From: Bacteroidota bacterium | GTDB lineage: Bacteria > Bacteroidota > Bacteroidia > Bacteroidales > JACABE01 | Direction: 5' to 3' | NCBI GenBank assembly: GCA_037133555.1 | Contig: JBAXNW010000002.1 | Coordinates: 49,637-113,636 of the forward strand | DNA: 64,000 nucleotides | In this document: one piece after another, positions 49,644 through 60,196 of the stretch | Layout of the letters: the number at the start of each line of letters is the position of its first letter | How positions within the stretch are numbered: the first letter of the stretch is position 1 | Position numbers and translations under genes: made by a program | Notes under the pieces: model-generated | The model's database searches: none | Told to the model about the DNA's origin: nothing | What the model saw: the letters and a program-made list of their open reading frames with translations, nothing else

Positions 49644-50306
49644 ATGAAATTTAATGAAGAAATAGCGTTAAAAACCGCAGAATTTTTATTGCAAATTAAA
49701 GCAATAAAATTGAATAATGCACATCCTTTTACATGGGCATCTGGACGAAAATCGCCAATCTATTGTGACAATAGGGTTACATTATCTTATCCTGTTGTCA
49801 GAACCTTTATCCGTCAACAGTTTGTAGAAATCATCAATGAACAATTTGGAACGGTTGAATTGATAGCAGGGGTTGCTACCGGTGGTATTGCACAAGGAGT
49901 ATTGGTAGCTCAGGATCTGGGTTTATCTTTTGCTTATGTTAGGTCTGAAGAAAAAAAACATGGCTTAACTAACCAAATTGAAGGTGTCGTTCATTCCGGT
50001 CAATCGGTAGTGGTAGTTGAAGATCTTGTTTCAACCGGGAAAAGCAGTTTAAATGTTGTAAGATCATTACAAGATGCAGGCTGTAATATTAAAGGAATGC
50101 TCGCAATTTTCACTTACGATTTAAAAATTGCCGAAGATAGTTTTAAAACTGCTCATATCCCCTTGCTAACTTTAACAGATTATAATACACTGATAAAAGT
50201 GGCAGTAGAGCAAAATTACATCAAAGATAATGAGATAATATCACTCAATGAATGGAGAGAAAATCCTGAATTGTGGTCAGATAACAAAATTAAAGAAGGT
50301 TTCTAA
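49644..50306 (+). CDS. pyrE: orotate phosphoribosyltransferase
   Basis: PRPP-binding loop VVVVEDLVSTGKS and N-terminal FTWASGRKSPIYCDNR. Confidence 0.9.
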   Translation: MKFNEEIALKTAEFLLQIKAIKLNNAHPFTWASGRKSPIYCDNRVTLSYPVVRTFIRQQFVEIINEQFGTVELIAGVATGGIAQGVLVAQDLGLSFAYVRSEEKKHGLTNQIEGVVHSGQSVVVVEDLVSTGKSSLNVVRSLQDAGCNIKGMLAIFTYDLKIAEDSFKTAHIPLLTLTDYNTLIKVAVEQNYIKDNEIISLNEWRENPELWSDNKIKEGF

Positions 50307-50323
50307 ATTTACACTTATTTTTG

Positions 50324-50737
50324 ATGAAGAAAATTGAAAGCGAAAAACTGATAATACATAATTCTCAAGAAAAAATATATTTATTTTTGAGTAATTTTAA
50401 TAATTTCGGCAAACTCATGCCCGAACAAATCATTAACTGGCAATCTACGGAAACTACTTGTTCTTTTACCATAAAAGGTATGACAGACTTAAGTATGCAG
50501 ATCAAAGAAAAAATGCCTTCTCACACGATTTTAATTACATCTTATGGAAAAACACCCTTTGATTTTGAATTAAAATGCTCATTTGAAGCCTTGGATGGTA
50601 ATAAAACAACCTCTCAACTGATATTTTTTGCCGATTTAAACCCTATGCTTGTTATTATGGCAAGCAAACCCTTAGAAAATTTTGTTAATATGCTGAATTC
50701 CAAATTAAAAGAAAAAGCTGAAGAAGCTGATTTTTAA
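50324..50737 (+). CDS. small SRPBCC-like protein
   Basis: About 137 aa alpha/beta protein, 15 nt after pyrE. Fold guess only. Confidence 0.35.
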   Translation: MKKIESEKLIIHNSQEKIYLFLSNFNNFGKLMPEQIINWQSTETTCSFTIKGMTDLSMQIKEKMPSHTILITSYGKTPFDFELKCSFEALDGNKTTSQLIFFADLNPMLVIMASKPLENFVNMLNSKLKEKAEEADF

Positions 50738-50750
50738 ATAGTATCCGCAC

Positions 50751-50790
50751 AAAAAAACCTCAATTTTTACAAGAAAATTGAGGTTTTTTT
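50751..50790 (+). terminator. intrinsic terminator (13-bp stem)
   Basis: AAACCTCAATTTT-TACAAG-AAAATTGAGGTTT followed by TTTT, with an A-run upstream. Confidence 0.75.
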
Positions 50791-50827
50791 ATTTTACGGG
50801 CAATTCTTATTTGAAATCTCAGCCTAT

Positions 50828-51838
50828 TTAGAAATGATAATATAAACCTAATAGTAAATCTATACCAGATCCATTAGTATTGTATAATGCATCTCCTTCC
50901 TTAGGCCATCTATTAATTCCGCCAGACAAATAGGTATATTTAACATAATAATACTTCAGCCCATAATTCAAGGACCATTTTGTTGAAAAATTCATTTCAA
51001 AATTTACGGATGCATGAAAACCAGAGGCTAAATTATAATTCCAGGTTTCATTAAAACCTTTTTGAATTTTATAACCACCAACTGATAATTGTGGCAAGCA
51101 GTAAAAATCATAGCCACCACCAATTTTCAAACGCTTGGTTTCACCATCACCTATCGGAATAATATAAGAAGGTGTTATAGAAATACTACCTCTACGAAAA
51201 ACAGTTGTAGCATTACTTAGATAGGGCATCAGAATACTGAATTGATAATTAATATCAATTGCTAAGTCAAAATGTTTCGAAATTTCACATCCATATTTTA
51301 TTCCAATACCATATCCTCCAGCAAAGCTTATTTTTGAATAAGCACTGTCAGTAGTTAAGAACATAGGAAAACTGTTAAATCCCAATCCCGTTGAGAGATT
51401 TATGCCAATACGATTATGTGGACGAAATAACGAAAGTTGACCTTTTGCTTGTAGCTGAAGGTTTCTTGTAAGAATACGTGAAACAGCCATAGAGCTATCT
51501 ACCCATATAAGTTCTTGAATTGGAGACCAGAACCCTCTATTAATAGACAAACGTAAATAATAAGTTCTTCCTCCAAGAACGTTTATTTTCATACTTGTAT
51601 TCTCAATTTTATCAACAATAACTTTATATTCACCAGGTTTACAATCAAATGCGAAATACGAGTTGTTTCTGAGTTTAACTATCATGGAGTCATTTGCAAA
51701 TATTTTGTAAGCATTTGCTGATGCGTAAAAATTATTTTCACGATAAATGATAATTTTAGAAGAAATGGAGTCATTTGCAGCAAAACAACTGTATATAAAT
51801 CCAAAAATAAATAAAAATAAAAAGAAGTGTTTTTTCAT
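50828..51838 (-). CDS. secreted DUF2846-like domain + beta-barrel protein
   Basis: Signal peptide. N-terminal IIIYRENNF...CKPGEYKV module. Gly/aromatic-rich C-terminal half ending LYYHF. Confidence 0.4.
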   Translation of the reverse strand: MKKHFFLFLFIFGFIYSCFAANDSISSKIIIYRENNFYASANAYKIFANDSMIVKLRNNSYFAFDCKPGEYKVIVDKIENTSMKINVLGGRTYYLRLSINRGFWSPIQELIWVDSSMAVSRILTRNLQLQAKGQLSLFRPHNRIGINLSTGLGFNSFPMFLTTDSAYSKISFAGGYGIGIKYGCEISKHFDLAIDINYQFSILMPYLSNATTVFRRGSISITPSYIIPIGDGETKRLKIGGGYDFYCLPQLSVGGYKIQKGFNETWNYNLASGFHASVNFEMNFSTKWSLNYGLKYYYVKYTYLSGGINRWPKEGDALYNTNGSGIDLLLGLYYHF

Positions 51839-51943
51839 TGCTAGATATTTCTTTAAAAGTCCAATTTATTTCAAAATTACAATTTTATTTTATTTGTTTT
51901 CAAATTTTGCAAAAAAAATGATTAATCTAAATCAGAAAACATT

Positions 51944-52612
51944 CTAAGTATTTACATTTCTATTATTAAGATTAAATACTTTCTCAAAATTGTCCTCAAT
52001 TTGTTGATTGAGTGTGTCTGAATTTATTGCAAGCAAGGCTCCTGCCCTTTCATAAACAGCTTCAATTGAAATATCACTGTCATCCGTTTCTAGAAATATT
52101 TTCTCTAAGGGTGTAATTTTAATAGCTTGTGCTGCATTTGAATTTGCTTCCAATAAAGCTTTCCCATATGAAAGATAGAATCCGGCTTTTATCAATTGAT
52201 CTGCTATTTTTAGATTATTGTTGAAGCCATGAACAATACAGGCTTGCTTGAGATTTGCTTTCTTACACATTGCCATTAATTCGTTAAATGCTTTCACGCA
52301 ATGAATAATCAATGGTTTATCGAATTTTTCGGCCCAATGTAAATGTTTGCTAAAAACTACTTTTTGCATATCCTGCTTTGCAACAGTAGACCAGTCGAGG
52401 CCACATTCACCAATTGCAATTACATCATCCTGAGCAATTACAGCTTCAAAGGCATTAAAATCGTTGTTCCATAAGAGCGGTTGGAGGTACCATGGGTGCA
52501 TTCCTACCGAAAAAAGAAGTCCTTTATCCTTAGGAAAATCATTAATTGTTAATACGTTAAAAATCTTTTGTCCTTGAATAGGACGTTTTATATGAGAATG
52601 AATATCTATCAT
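51944..52612 (-). CDS. TatD-family metal-dependent hydrolase
   Basis: IDIHSH, IGECGLD, IHCV, HGF and ETD metal-ligand pattern. Confidence 0.7.
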   Translation of the reverse strand: MIDIHSHIKRPIQGQKIFNVLTINDFPKDKGLLFSVGMHPWYLQPLLWNNDFNAFEAVIAQDDVIAIGECGLDWSTVAKQDMQKVVFSKHLHWAEKFDKPLIIHCVKAFNELMAMCKKANLKQACIVHGFNNNLKIADQLIKAGFYLSYGKALLEANSNAAQAIKITPLEKIFLETDDSDISIEAVYERAGALLAINSDTLNQQIEDNFEKVFNLNNRNVNT

Positions 52613-52669
52613 AATTAATGGGATATTGGTAAAAAATTAAATGGGTCTAGCCCTTTGTAATCAAATTCT

Positions 52670-55600
52670 TTATTCTGTTGGTTTTGCTTTTTCCGGTTCT
52701 GGAATTGATTCTTCTCCATTAGCTCCAGCTAAAGCCATTCGCTTAATAAAGTCATTACGCTTACGTTCGGTTGAAAGGTAATATGAATAGGGTGGCAAAC
52801 CATTTTCTGCTTCTAAACGGCGTTTATCAGGTTTTTCTTTGGTTATATAATCATTAAAATCTTTGACTGATGAATAAGCTTGCATCAAATTGTTGCTGTA
52901 GTTGAAGAAATACCATTCCGATTCATCTAACTCAAAATACAAGGTAAAAATATCTCCACTCCTCTTTTTAATAATTTGGAAATATCCTTTAACATATTTA
53001 TTCACTTGCGTTTTCCCAATATTTCCAACTCCGATTTCGCCCATAGAAATAAAAGATTTAGAAATCGAATCGTATCTTAATTTTACATCTGTTAATAGTA
53101 TTGTGTAATCAAGCTTATCAGGAACTTTCCGCAATACACCATACATATTAATTTCATTTACAACTTTCTCAGCATCCTTTTCGCCTAGGATTTCTGTGAA
53201 GGCCTTTTTAATTTTTACATTGGTTGAATTTTCAATCCCATTCAGTGAATTATTGGTATACATGCTTTGTCCCATTAATTTCATTGCATCAGCTTGAAAA
53301 AAGAAATTTAAAGGCATTACAAGGTCAAAAGTTGCTTCATTACTTTTCATATTATTGGTGACATTCCCAAACGAATTCATTTCAACCCGTCCCAGCTTGG
53401 TACCCATATTAATATTCCCTTCACCGGATGTTACACAACTATTGACATCCATCACAAGCAAATTCCCTAAAGTATCCGGATTTAATAATTTATTTTTGGA
53501 AGCAATTCTGTATTCTTTTTTATCTTTAAAATATTGAATAAAACCATTGGCTGAAACCACAGCAGTATCACTATAAAAGCGTTTAGGAGAGGCGAAAGAA
53601 GTATAAATTTGACCTGAGTTTGAATATAAAATTGCAGCAGCCAATCGTCTTCCAGAAATATCTTTAGGGTCGCTATTTATTGGAATCATCACTTCTTTTG
53701 GATTAATTTCAGCATTGAACTTTAACCATGCAAAATTTTCATCTCCACAACTATGATGAATCTTGCTTCCACCTATAAAATTCAGAAACATATTTGCTGA
53801 TTTCAAAACCACATTCCCTGTAAAACTAAAAGCAGGACTTAAAGCAAAATCAGCAGAATCCGTAACAAATCCTGTAGCATAAGTTTGCCTGTTACTATCT
53901 ACAGCTATTTTACTGAAAAAAATCTGGTGTTTACTTTCATTTTCATCTATATAATCATAATTCCCGCTGCCAATGAATGATCTTTTACCATGAATACTAA
54001 CTGATGATTGATAAAAATTATGATATTTTGTGGCTGTATCTGCTAAAATAATAGCATTGGACAAGGGTTGAATTTCGGCCTGACGCAAAATCACGATTTT
54101 ACCTTTATCGGGAGCAATAGCCGCATCAGCAACTCTTATAAGTTTAACATCTTCAGCCGTCAGAATATAATCTTTCATATTAAAAACTGCTCTTGTTGAT
54201 CTGAATCGCAACGAATCCTGAGCTGGATGCGTTGAAACAAAATCTGAACCTGGTAAATCAGCCGTCAAAAGTTCTTTGAGAGATAACAAATCAATGCCTT
54301 CGATACCTGATTTCTTGGTGTTTTTCAGTGCAATTTCGTCCCTATCCATTGACCATTCCAGAAAGTCCATATAACATTGATATCTGTTTATTGGAAAGTT
54401 AACTTTTGAAACCTCACCATTTGATTTAAATTCCCCATTTCGTTTTTTAAAATCAATATGTGATCTGTAATTTTCTGTATTAAAAGCAAGATCCGTTAAA
54501 TCAAAGCTTCTTAAACGAAAATTAGCAGTATCGGCATCAAAAGAAAATTGCTTAAATTGATACATATTAGATTCTATTTCAGCTTTTTCGAAAACCATCT
54601 TTCCTTTTCCAGTTAGGCCTTGAGGTGTTAAAACCAGACTCCCAGCTAAACTAGATTCATGATTATACATGATAAAAGCACTATCCAACTGATTAATAAT
54701 TAATGAATCTTTGTATGGATTCCAATGTTCTTTTACATTGGTTGAAGTCAATTGAGGGTACTCCATTAATGCGGCTTGCTCTTTAATATCAAAACTTTGA
54801 GCAATTGCATTCATTGAATCAGGCAGGAAAATAAAATTATCAGATTTTGAAGTTGAAGTTAAATATTCCAATTTCCCATGTCCTCTAAAACCCTGGTTGC
54901 TTAAATCGATTTTGTTAAAATACTTGCCTTTACCACCATAGATTGCCTGACCTTCAGAAGTTGTCGATTTAATAAATCCTAAAGAATAATCAGGTTGTAC
55001 TTTTAGTGGTTCATTTATTTCGGAAAAAATATCAGCTGATGTAAGGCTACCATTGAAATTGATGCTATCTGTTGGAATCCTAAGCAAATTTTCAATTTTA
55101 AATGGTTTTACCCGATAAAAAAACTTATCTTTTAAATAAACTCCATTTTGAATTGAAGGTTTGTTATAATAAACGTAAGATTCTTCTCTACTCGTAAATA
55201 AAGGGTATTGAGGATAAGATTTAAGTCCGGATTTATTGCTTGGATAATCTACCAACAGATCTCCTTTTAAATTCTCAATTACAGTGTTTAATTTCACAAG
55301 CGGACGTTCTCCTTTATCGTCAGTTGTAAAAGCCAATACTCTTACACTCATTGAATCGATGAGGGGTAAGTTTAATTTAAAGTCATCGTATATAAATGAG
55401 CATCCTTTCGCAAAATAATCGAAGTGACCAGCATGAATCCGCCCTGAAAACAAAAAGTCCCGGTTCTTTTTAACCAAAACTTCCTGATTGCTAGGATAAA
55501 TAAAAACATTTTGAGAATCACTCAGCAATATGATTGGAATTCCTTTTATTTTCAAATCAAAATTCAACAGACTTAAAGAAGCATTCACATCATTATCAAC

Positions 55601-57217
55601 AGTGGAATGAAACTGAAGCACATCGTAATCTGTCTTTTTATTTAAAGCTTTGATATATTCATTTACTTTATCCTTTACATATACCATTTCATCATTTGAA
55701 TCATATATCAAAAAACCCATATTTGCTAAATGAATGAGCATGGCTTTCACTTGTTCTGGTTCAATTTTCATTTGTTTGGAAAGGTCTTCAACAGATATAA
55801 TCTGGGTCCCATAAGTGTCAACATATTTTTTAATCCAATACAAGGGATTAATTTCATCAATTCCCTGAAGCTTAGAAAAACGTGTTTCAGAATAGTAGTT
55901 AAACGATTCAAAAGAAGCCCTGCTGGTTCTTCCTGGAGAACGAATCATGCTGAAATCAATTTTAGACTGGTCAATCTTCCAATACATAGCTTCAAAATAC
56001 ATATCCAGTTTATGATACGTATTAAAAAAAGGACTCTCTGAAATATCATTCATTCCACGTATCAACGTTAATTCTTTGGTATCATTTAAATATTTCATTT
56101 CCAGACTAGGATGATAAATTGAGTCGCCTTTCCAATAAATAGCAACCGCAGCAAAATTTGAAGAAATTTTATTTTTAAAAATTGTGAATGATTTTGAAGA
56201 TACCGTAACGAAGGCTTTGTTATCTTTTTTAAATATCAAGTATGCATCTTGAAATCGATCTCCTGAGCCCAATACTTTGGTGCCATTCATTGCGAAACCA
56301 CCTTCATAATCAATATTCTGAAAAATATTTTTAATACTTAAGCGTTTATCATAAGAATTGAACCTTGGGTAAGATGCTTTATCTTCGGTTACATCTGCCA
56401 TTACTTTTTCCTGAAGCGTGCCGGCTAGAAATTCAGAAAAATAAGCTGGGTAATAAAATTTAACTGAATCTGCTGCATATTTTGAGAATCTCATATCGAC
56501 CTCATAATTGGATATTTGAGCATATACTTCTTCTGAGCCAAAACCTGCTCTTTCCCAACTGACTTTTCCGCCTTCACCATACCATTTCTTTTCAATAGGG
56601 TAATAAACCCCTTTGGTATTCAATATGACAGAACTATCATTATTTGCCTGACAGATTAAGTCCAAAGCAGGGAAAATTATTTTTATAGCAGTATCGTTCT
56701 CAAAATAAAAATCATTGTTGGATGCATACCATTTTAATGATTTAGAAGTGTACAAATAATTGTTATTCAACAAATCACTTGTATTTTCCAAAAAATTCAC
56801 TAAATATCTGGTTTTTTTAAAATCAAGTAAGCCAGTTACTCCCTTTATCCAAGCATTGTAACTTTTTTCGTTTTGATTAGTTTTTTTAAATTCAATTAAA
56901 CAAGAAAAAAAGCTATAAAATTGAGGAAAGGCTCTCATTTTGGCTTTCAACATTAAGTTTGAAATGGAGAGCAATTGTATTTTTTGAGTTTCATTAAATG
57001 AGCCTGAATTCCATAATTGTCCAAAATTCAGCAGCATTGCTTCAGCAGCGGCTTTCTGATCTTTATCAGCATTTTTATCTTCTTTAAACAAAGTGCTGAT
57101 CTCATCCAAAAAAAAGTTTTTGTCTTTTGAAAAGCTCTTAGTATTCTGAGAAAAAGAATGTTGAAATGGAAAAATAAGTGCTAATGCTAATACTAAGAAA
57201 AAACGTTTTACAAACAT
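52670..57217 (-). CDS. very large (about 1515 aa) secreted or anchored protein of unknown function
   Basis: Uninterrupted 4.5-kb ORF with a signal peptide (FFLVLALALIFPFQHSFSQ). No catalytic or repeat motif recognised. ATG 57217 avoids overlap with the prmA stop. Confidence 0.7.
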   Translation of the reverse strand: MFVKRFFLVLALALIFPFQHSFSQNTKSFSKDKNFFLDEISTLFKEDKNADKDQKAAAEAMLLNFGQLWNSGSFNETQKIQLLSISNLMLKAKMRAFPQFYSFFSCLIEFKKTNQNEKSYNAWIKGVTGLLDFKKTRYLVNFLENTSDLLNNNYLYTSKSLKWYASNNDFYFENDTAIKIIFPALDLICQANNDSSVILNTKGVYYPIEKKWYGEGGKVSWERAGFGSEEVYAQISNYEVDMRFSKYAADSVKFYYPAYFSEFLAGTLQEKVMADVTEDKASYPRFNSYDKRLSIKNIFQNIDYEGGFAMNGTKVLGSGDRFQDAYLIFKKDNKAFVTVSSKSFTIFKNKISSNFAAVAIYWKGDSIYHPSLEMKYLNDTKELTLIRGMNDISESPFFNTYHKLDMYFEAMYWKIDQSKIDFSMIRSPGRTSRASFESFNYYSETRFSKLQGIDEINPLYWIKKYVDTYGTQIISVEDLSKQMKIEPEQVKAMLIHLANMGFLIYDSNDEMVYVKDKVNEYIKALNKKTDYDVLQFHSTVDNDVNASLSLLNFDLKIKGIPIILLSDSQNVFIYPSNQEVLVKKNRDFLFSGRIHAGHFDYFAKGCSFIYDDFKLNLPLIDSMSVRVLAFTTDDKGERPLVKLNTVIENLKGDLLVDYPSNKSGLKSYPQYPLFTSREESYVYYNKPSIQNGVYLKDKFFYRVKPFKIENLLRIPTDSINFNGSLTSADIFSEINEPLKVQPDYSLGFIKSTTSEGQAIYGGKGKYFNKIDLSNQGFRGHGKLEYLTSTSKSDNFIFLPDSMNAIAQSFDIKEQAALMEYPQLTSTNVKEHWNPYKDSLIINQLDSAFIMYNHESSLAGSLVLTPQGLTGKGKMVFEKAEIESNMYQFKQFSFDADTANFRLRSFDLTDLAFNTENYRSHIDFKKRNGEFKSNGEVSKVNFPINRYQCYMDFLEWSMDRDEIALKNTKKSGIEGIDLLSLKELLTADLPGSDFVSTHPAQDSLRFRSTRAVFNMKDYILTAEDVKLIRVADAAIAPDKGKIVILRQAEIQPLSNAIILADTATKYHNFYQSSVSIHGKRSFIGSGNYDYIDENESKHQIFFSKIAVDSNRQTYATGFVTDSADFALSPAFSFTGNVVLKSANMFLNFIGGSKIHHSCGDENFAWLKFNAEINPKEVMIPINSDPKDISGRRLAAAILYSNSGQIYTSFASPKRFYSDTAVVSANGFIQYFKDKKEYRIASKNKLLNPDTLGNLLVMDVNSCVTSGEGNINMGTKLGRVEMNSFGNVTNNMKSNEATFDLVMPLNFFFQADAMKLMGQSMYTNNSLNGIENSTNVKIKKAFTEILGEKDAEKVVNEINMYGVLRKVPDKLDYTILLTDVKLRYDSISKSFISMGEIGVGNIGKTQVNKYVKGYFQIIKKRSGDIFTLYFELDESEWYFFNYSNNLMQAYSSVKDFNDYITKEKPDKRRLEAENGLPPYSYYLSTERKRNDFIKRMALAGANGEESIPEPEKAKPTE

Positions 57218-57222
57218 TTTGA

Positions 57223-58059
57223 TTAATTTAATTTTAGAAATCTTACCGCTACCCAATTATTATTTGAAATATGCCGATCAAAAGTTAATCCAAATTTAGT
57301 GCATTCCTGCTGAATTACAGGGATATCCTGTTCGTAAAAACCACTCATTAATAATGTGCCTAATGTATTCAAGGAAGCGACATAAGTAGAAATATCGTTC
57401 AGCAATATATTACGGTTGATGTTGGCAATTATTACATCAAAATGCATGTCATGCAATAAAGAAGCATCTCCAAGCAATACTTTGATATCTGATTCATTAT
57501 TCTTAACAATGTTTTCAAGAGAATTATTGTATGCCCATTCATCATTATCAATTGCAACAATATCTTTAGCACCACGTTTAGCTGCCAGTATAGCCAATAC
57601 GCTGGTTCCACAACCCATATCCAATACAGTTTTGTTTTGCAAATTCTCTTCCAGCAACATTTCTATCATATTTGAAGTGGTCTCATGATGAGCTGTACCA
57701 AATGACATTTTGGGTTCGATAACTAAATCATATTCCAAGTCTTTATTTTCAGGATGAAAAGGTGCACGAATCCCACATCTGTTTTTTATTACAACAGCAT
57801 CATAATTTGTTTCCCAAACTTCGTTCCAGTTTTTGTCTTCCATTATTTGAAAAGTATAGGAAAACAAGCCTTTATTTTCTTTAATGATTTGCATTTCATT
57901 TATAAGTTGTTCATTGAAAATCGACTGTGGAATATAAGCCAACATGCCCTCTTCTGTATCAACAAAACTTTCGAAACCCAATTCGCCCAATTCTACCATA
58001 ACGATTTCCATTAATGGGCTTGCTGGATTCATTTTAATATTTAATTCTATGTAGATCAT
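57223..58059 (-). CDS. prmA: ribosomal protein L11 methyltransferase
   Basis: SAM motif VLDMGCGTSVLAI and FGTAHHETT. Confidence 0.9.
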   Translation of the reverse strand: MIYIELNIKMNPASPLMEIVMVELGELGFESFVDTEEGMLAYIPQSIFNEQLINEMQIIKENKGLFSYTFQIMEDKNWNEVWETNYDAVVIKNRCGIRAPFHPENKDLEYDLVIEPKMSFGTAHHETTSNMIEMLLEENLQNKTVLDMGCGTSVLAILAAKRGAKDIVAIDNDEWAYNNSLENIVKNNESDIKVLLGDASLLHDMHFDVIIANINRNILLNDISTYVASLNTLGTLLMSGFYEQDIPVIQQECTKFGLTFDRHISNNNWVAVRFLKLN

Positions 58060-58068
58060 TTTTTTAAT

Positions 58069-58827
58069 TTAAAAAGAGTCAATAATTTTTAAAAAATCTG
58101 CAGCTTTTAAGCAAGCACCTCCAATTAGGCCACCATCAACATCTGCATTGGCAAATAATTCCTTTGCATTTTCGGGATTACAACTACCTCCATATAAAAT
58201 GCTGGTATTCTTTGCAATTTCTTTACCATATTTTTCTGAAATCAATGAACGAATATAAGCGTGCATTTCCTGAGCTTGAAGAGGACTGGCTGTTTTGCCG
58301 GTTCCAATAGCCCAAACAGGTTCATAGGCAATAATAATCTTTGCAAAATCCAAAGGATCAAGTTCAAAGAGTGCATTTTCCAGTTGTTGCTTTATAACTT
58401 CAAAATAATTTCCGTTTTCACGTTCGGGCAATAATTCACCACAACAAAAAATTGGCAGAATATCATTTTTAAGCAATAATTCAGCTTTTTGAGTAAGTTC
58501 TTCATTCGTTTCATTAAAATATTTACGGCGTTCCGAATGTCCTATAATACAATATTCAATACCCATTGAATGCAACATCTTTGCGGATATTTCACCTGTA
58601 TATGCTCCATTATCAAAATTACTTACATTTTGTGCACCCACTGAATAATCACTTTCCTGAGCATAATCAGTAATCATTTCCATAAAAGTAAAAGGAGGAC
58701 AAAGTACAACATTCACATTTTTTTGATTGGCTTCTTCCAAGCCCTCCATTATTTCGTTGATTAATTCATCTGCTTCCTGAAAAGTTTTATTCATTTTCCA
58801 GTTTCCTGCTACTATTTTTCTTCTCAT
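58069..58827 (-). CDS. tpiA: triose-phosphate isomerase
   Basis: AGNWKMN, IGHSERR and YEPVWAIGTG. Confidence 0.95.
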   Translation of the reverse strand: MRRKIVAGNWKMNKTFQEADELINEIMEGLEEANQKNVNVVLCPPFTFMEMITDYAQESDYSVGAQNVSNFDNGAYTGEISAKMLHSMGIEYCIIGHSERRKYFNETNEELTQKAELLLKNDILPIFCCGELLPERENGNYFEVIKQQLENALFELDPLDFAKIIIAYEPVWAIGTGKTASPLQAQEMHAYIRSLISEKYGKEIAKNTSILYGGSCNPENAKELFANADVDGGLIGGACLKAADFLKIIDSF

Positions 58828-58914
58828 AATATTTATTTATAAAGGATTGAATTATTTAATTAAAAATTCAAATAAGCTATTAAATATTAAGCAAATAAGT
58901 TTTAAAATTTTTAA

Positions 58915-59994
58915 TTAAGTCAGTCTGATTCTCGGATCTAAAATTCCATATAAAACATCTACAAAGATATTGATAATTACCAATATTATTGAGATAAAAA
59001 GCAAAACTCCCATAACAACAGGGAAATCGTATTTTTCGAGTGCATCCACAATTACAACTCCCACTCCTTTCCAGTCGAACACATATTCAACAAATACAGC
59101 ACCAGCCATTAAAGATGCCAACCAACCCGAAACAGCAGTGATTACAGGATTCATTGCATTTTTTAGTGCATGACGAGTAATAATATGGTAAGATGATAAA
59201 CCTTTGGCTTTGGCTGTACGAATATAATCCTGGGAAAGCACATCAAGCATCGAACTTCTCGTTAATTCTACAATTACAGCCAATGGGCGAATCCCCAACG
59301 TAAAAGCTGGTAGTATCAGGTTCTTTAAATCAAGGTATTCTCCATTACCCAAATCATCCACTGTATACATACTGCCAAACATGCTTAATCCAGTATAAGC
59401 AGATAAAACATAGGCAAATAACCAAGCAATGAGTATGGCTGCGAAAAATGATGGCAAAGACATTCCGAAAGCTGATAATATCAAAGAAATTCTGTCGAAA
59501 AACCCATCTTTCTTAATTGCTGCTAAAACGCCAACAGAAACACCAGTTATGAATGCGAAAAGCATTGCAATGCCAGCCAACAATGCTGTTTTGGGAAATG
59601 CTTCGAAAATAATTTCCGTTACCATGCGCTTGCTTTGATAAGAACGACGCATATAAGGAGTTTTAAGTACAAGCGCATAATCTCCTATTGGGATCAATTT
59701 TACAGCTGAGATGTATTTTAAAGGGTCTAAGTACCAATAATTGTGTTCATCATTGATATTGTGAATAGAGAGAATTGACAAATCGTTTAAATAGTTGAAA
59801 TATTGAGTGGATAAAGATTTATCTCTGCCTAAATCTTTATTAATTGCTTCAACAGAATTAATATCAGCACGTTGCCCTAACATCATTCTTGCAGGGTCTC
59901 CAGGCAAAACGTTGAACAATATAAAAACAAGCGTAATTACACCCAATAAAACCAAAAAGCCATAAAAAAGTCTTTTAACAATAAATTGGAACAT
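58915..59994 (-). CDS. ABC transporter permease (DppB/OppB type)
   Basis: N-terminal IVKRLFYGFLVLLGV and the EAA-like loop YIRTAKAKGLS. Confidence 0.85.
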   Translation of the reverse strand: MFQFIVKRLFYGFLVLLGVITLVFILFNVLPGDPARMMLGQRADINSVEAINKDLGRDKSLSTQYFNYLNDLSILSIHNINDEHNYWYLDPLKYISAVKLIPIGDYALVLKTPYMRRSYQSKRMVTEIIFEAFPKTALLAGIAMLFAFITGVSVGVLAAIKKDGFFDRISLILSAFGMSLPSFFAAILIAWLFAYVLSAYTGLSMFGSMYTVDDLGNGEYLDLKNLILPAFTLGIRPLAVIVELTRSSMLDVLSQDYIRTAKAKGLSSYHIITRHALKNAMNPVITAVSGWLASLMAGAVFVEYVFDWKGVGVVIVDALEKYDFPVVMGVLLFISIILVIINIFVDVLYGILDPRIRLT

Positions 59995-60196
59995 CGAGTT
60001 AGTTTGCTTATTTTAAATTATAAACTGAATGCAGCGTGCATAATAACATCTGTTTCTGTATTCTTGAGCAGGCAAAGTTAATCAATTTTTTATTTTTATG
60101 CATTCAGAATTTATCTGGATAAAAGCCAGTTCAAATAATAATAATATTTTTAAGTATAATAGATCTCAATGCAATGTATCACGAAATTAACATACT

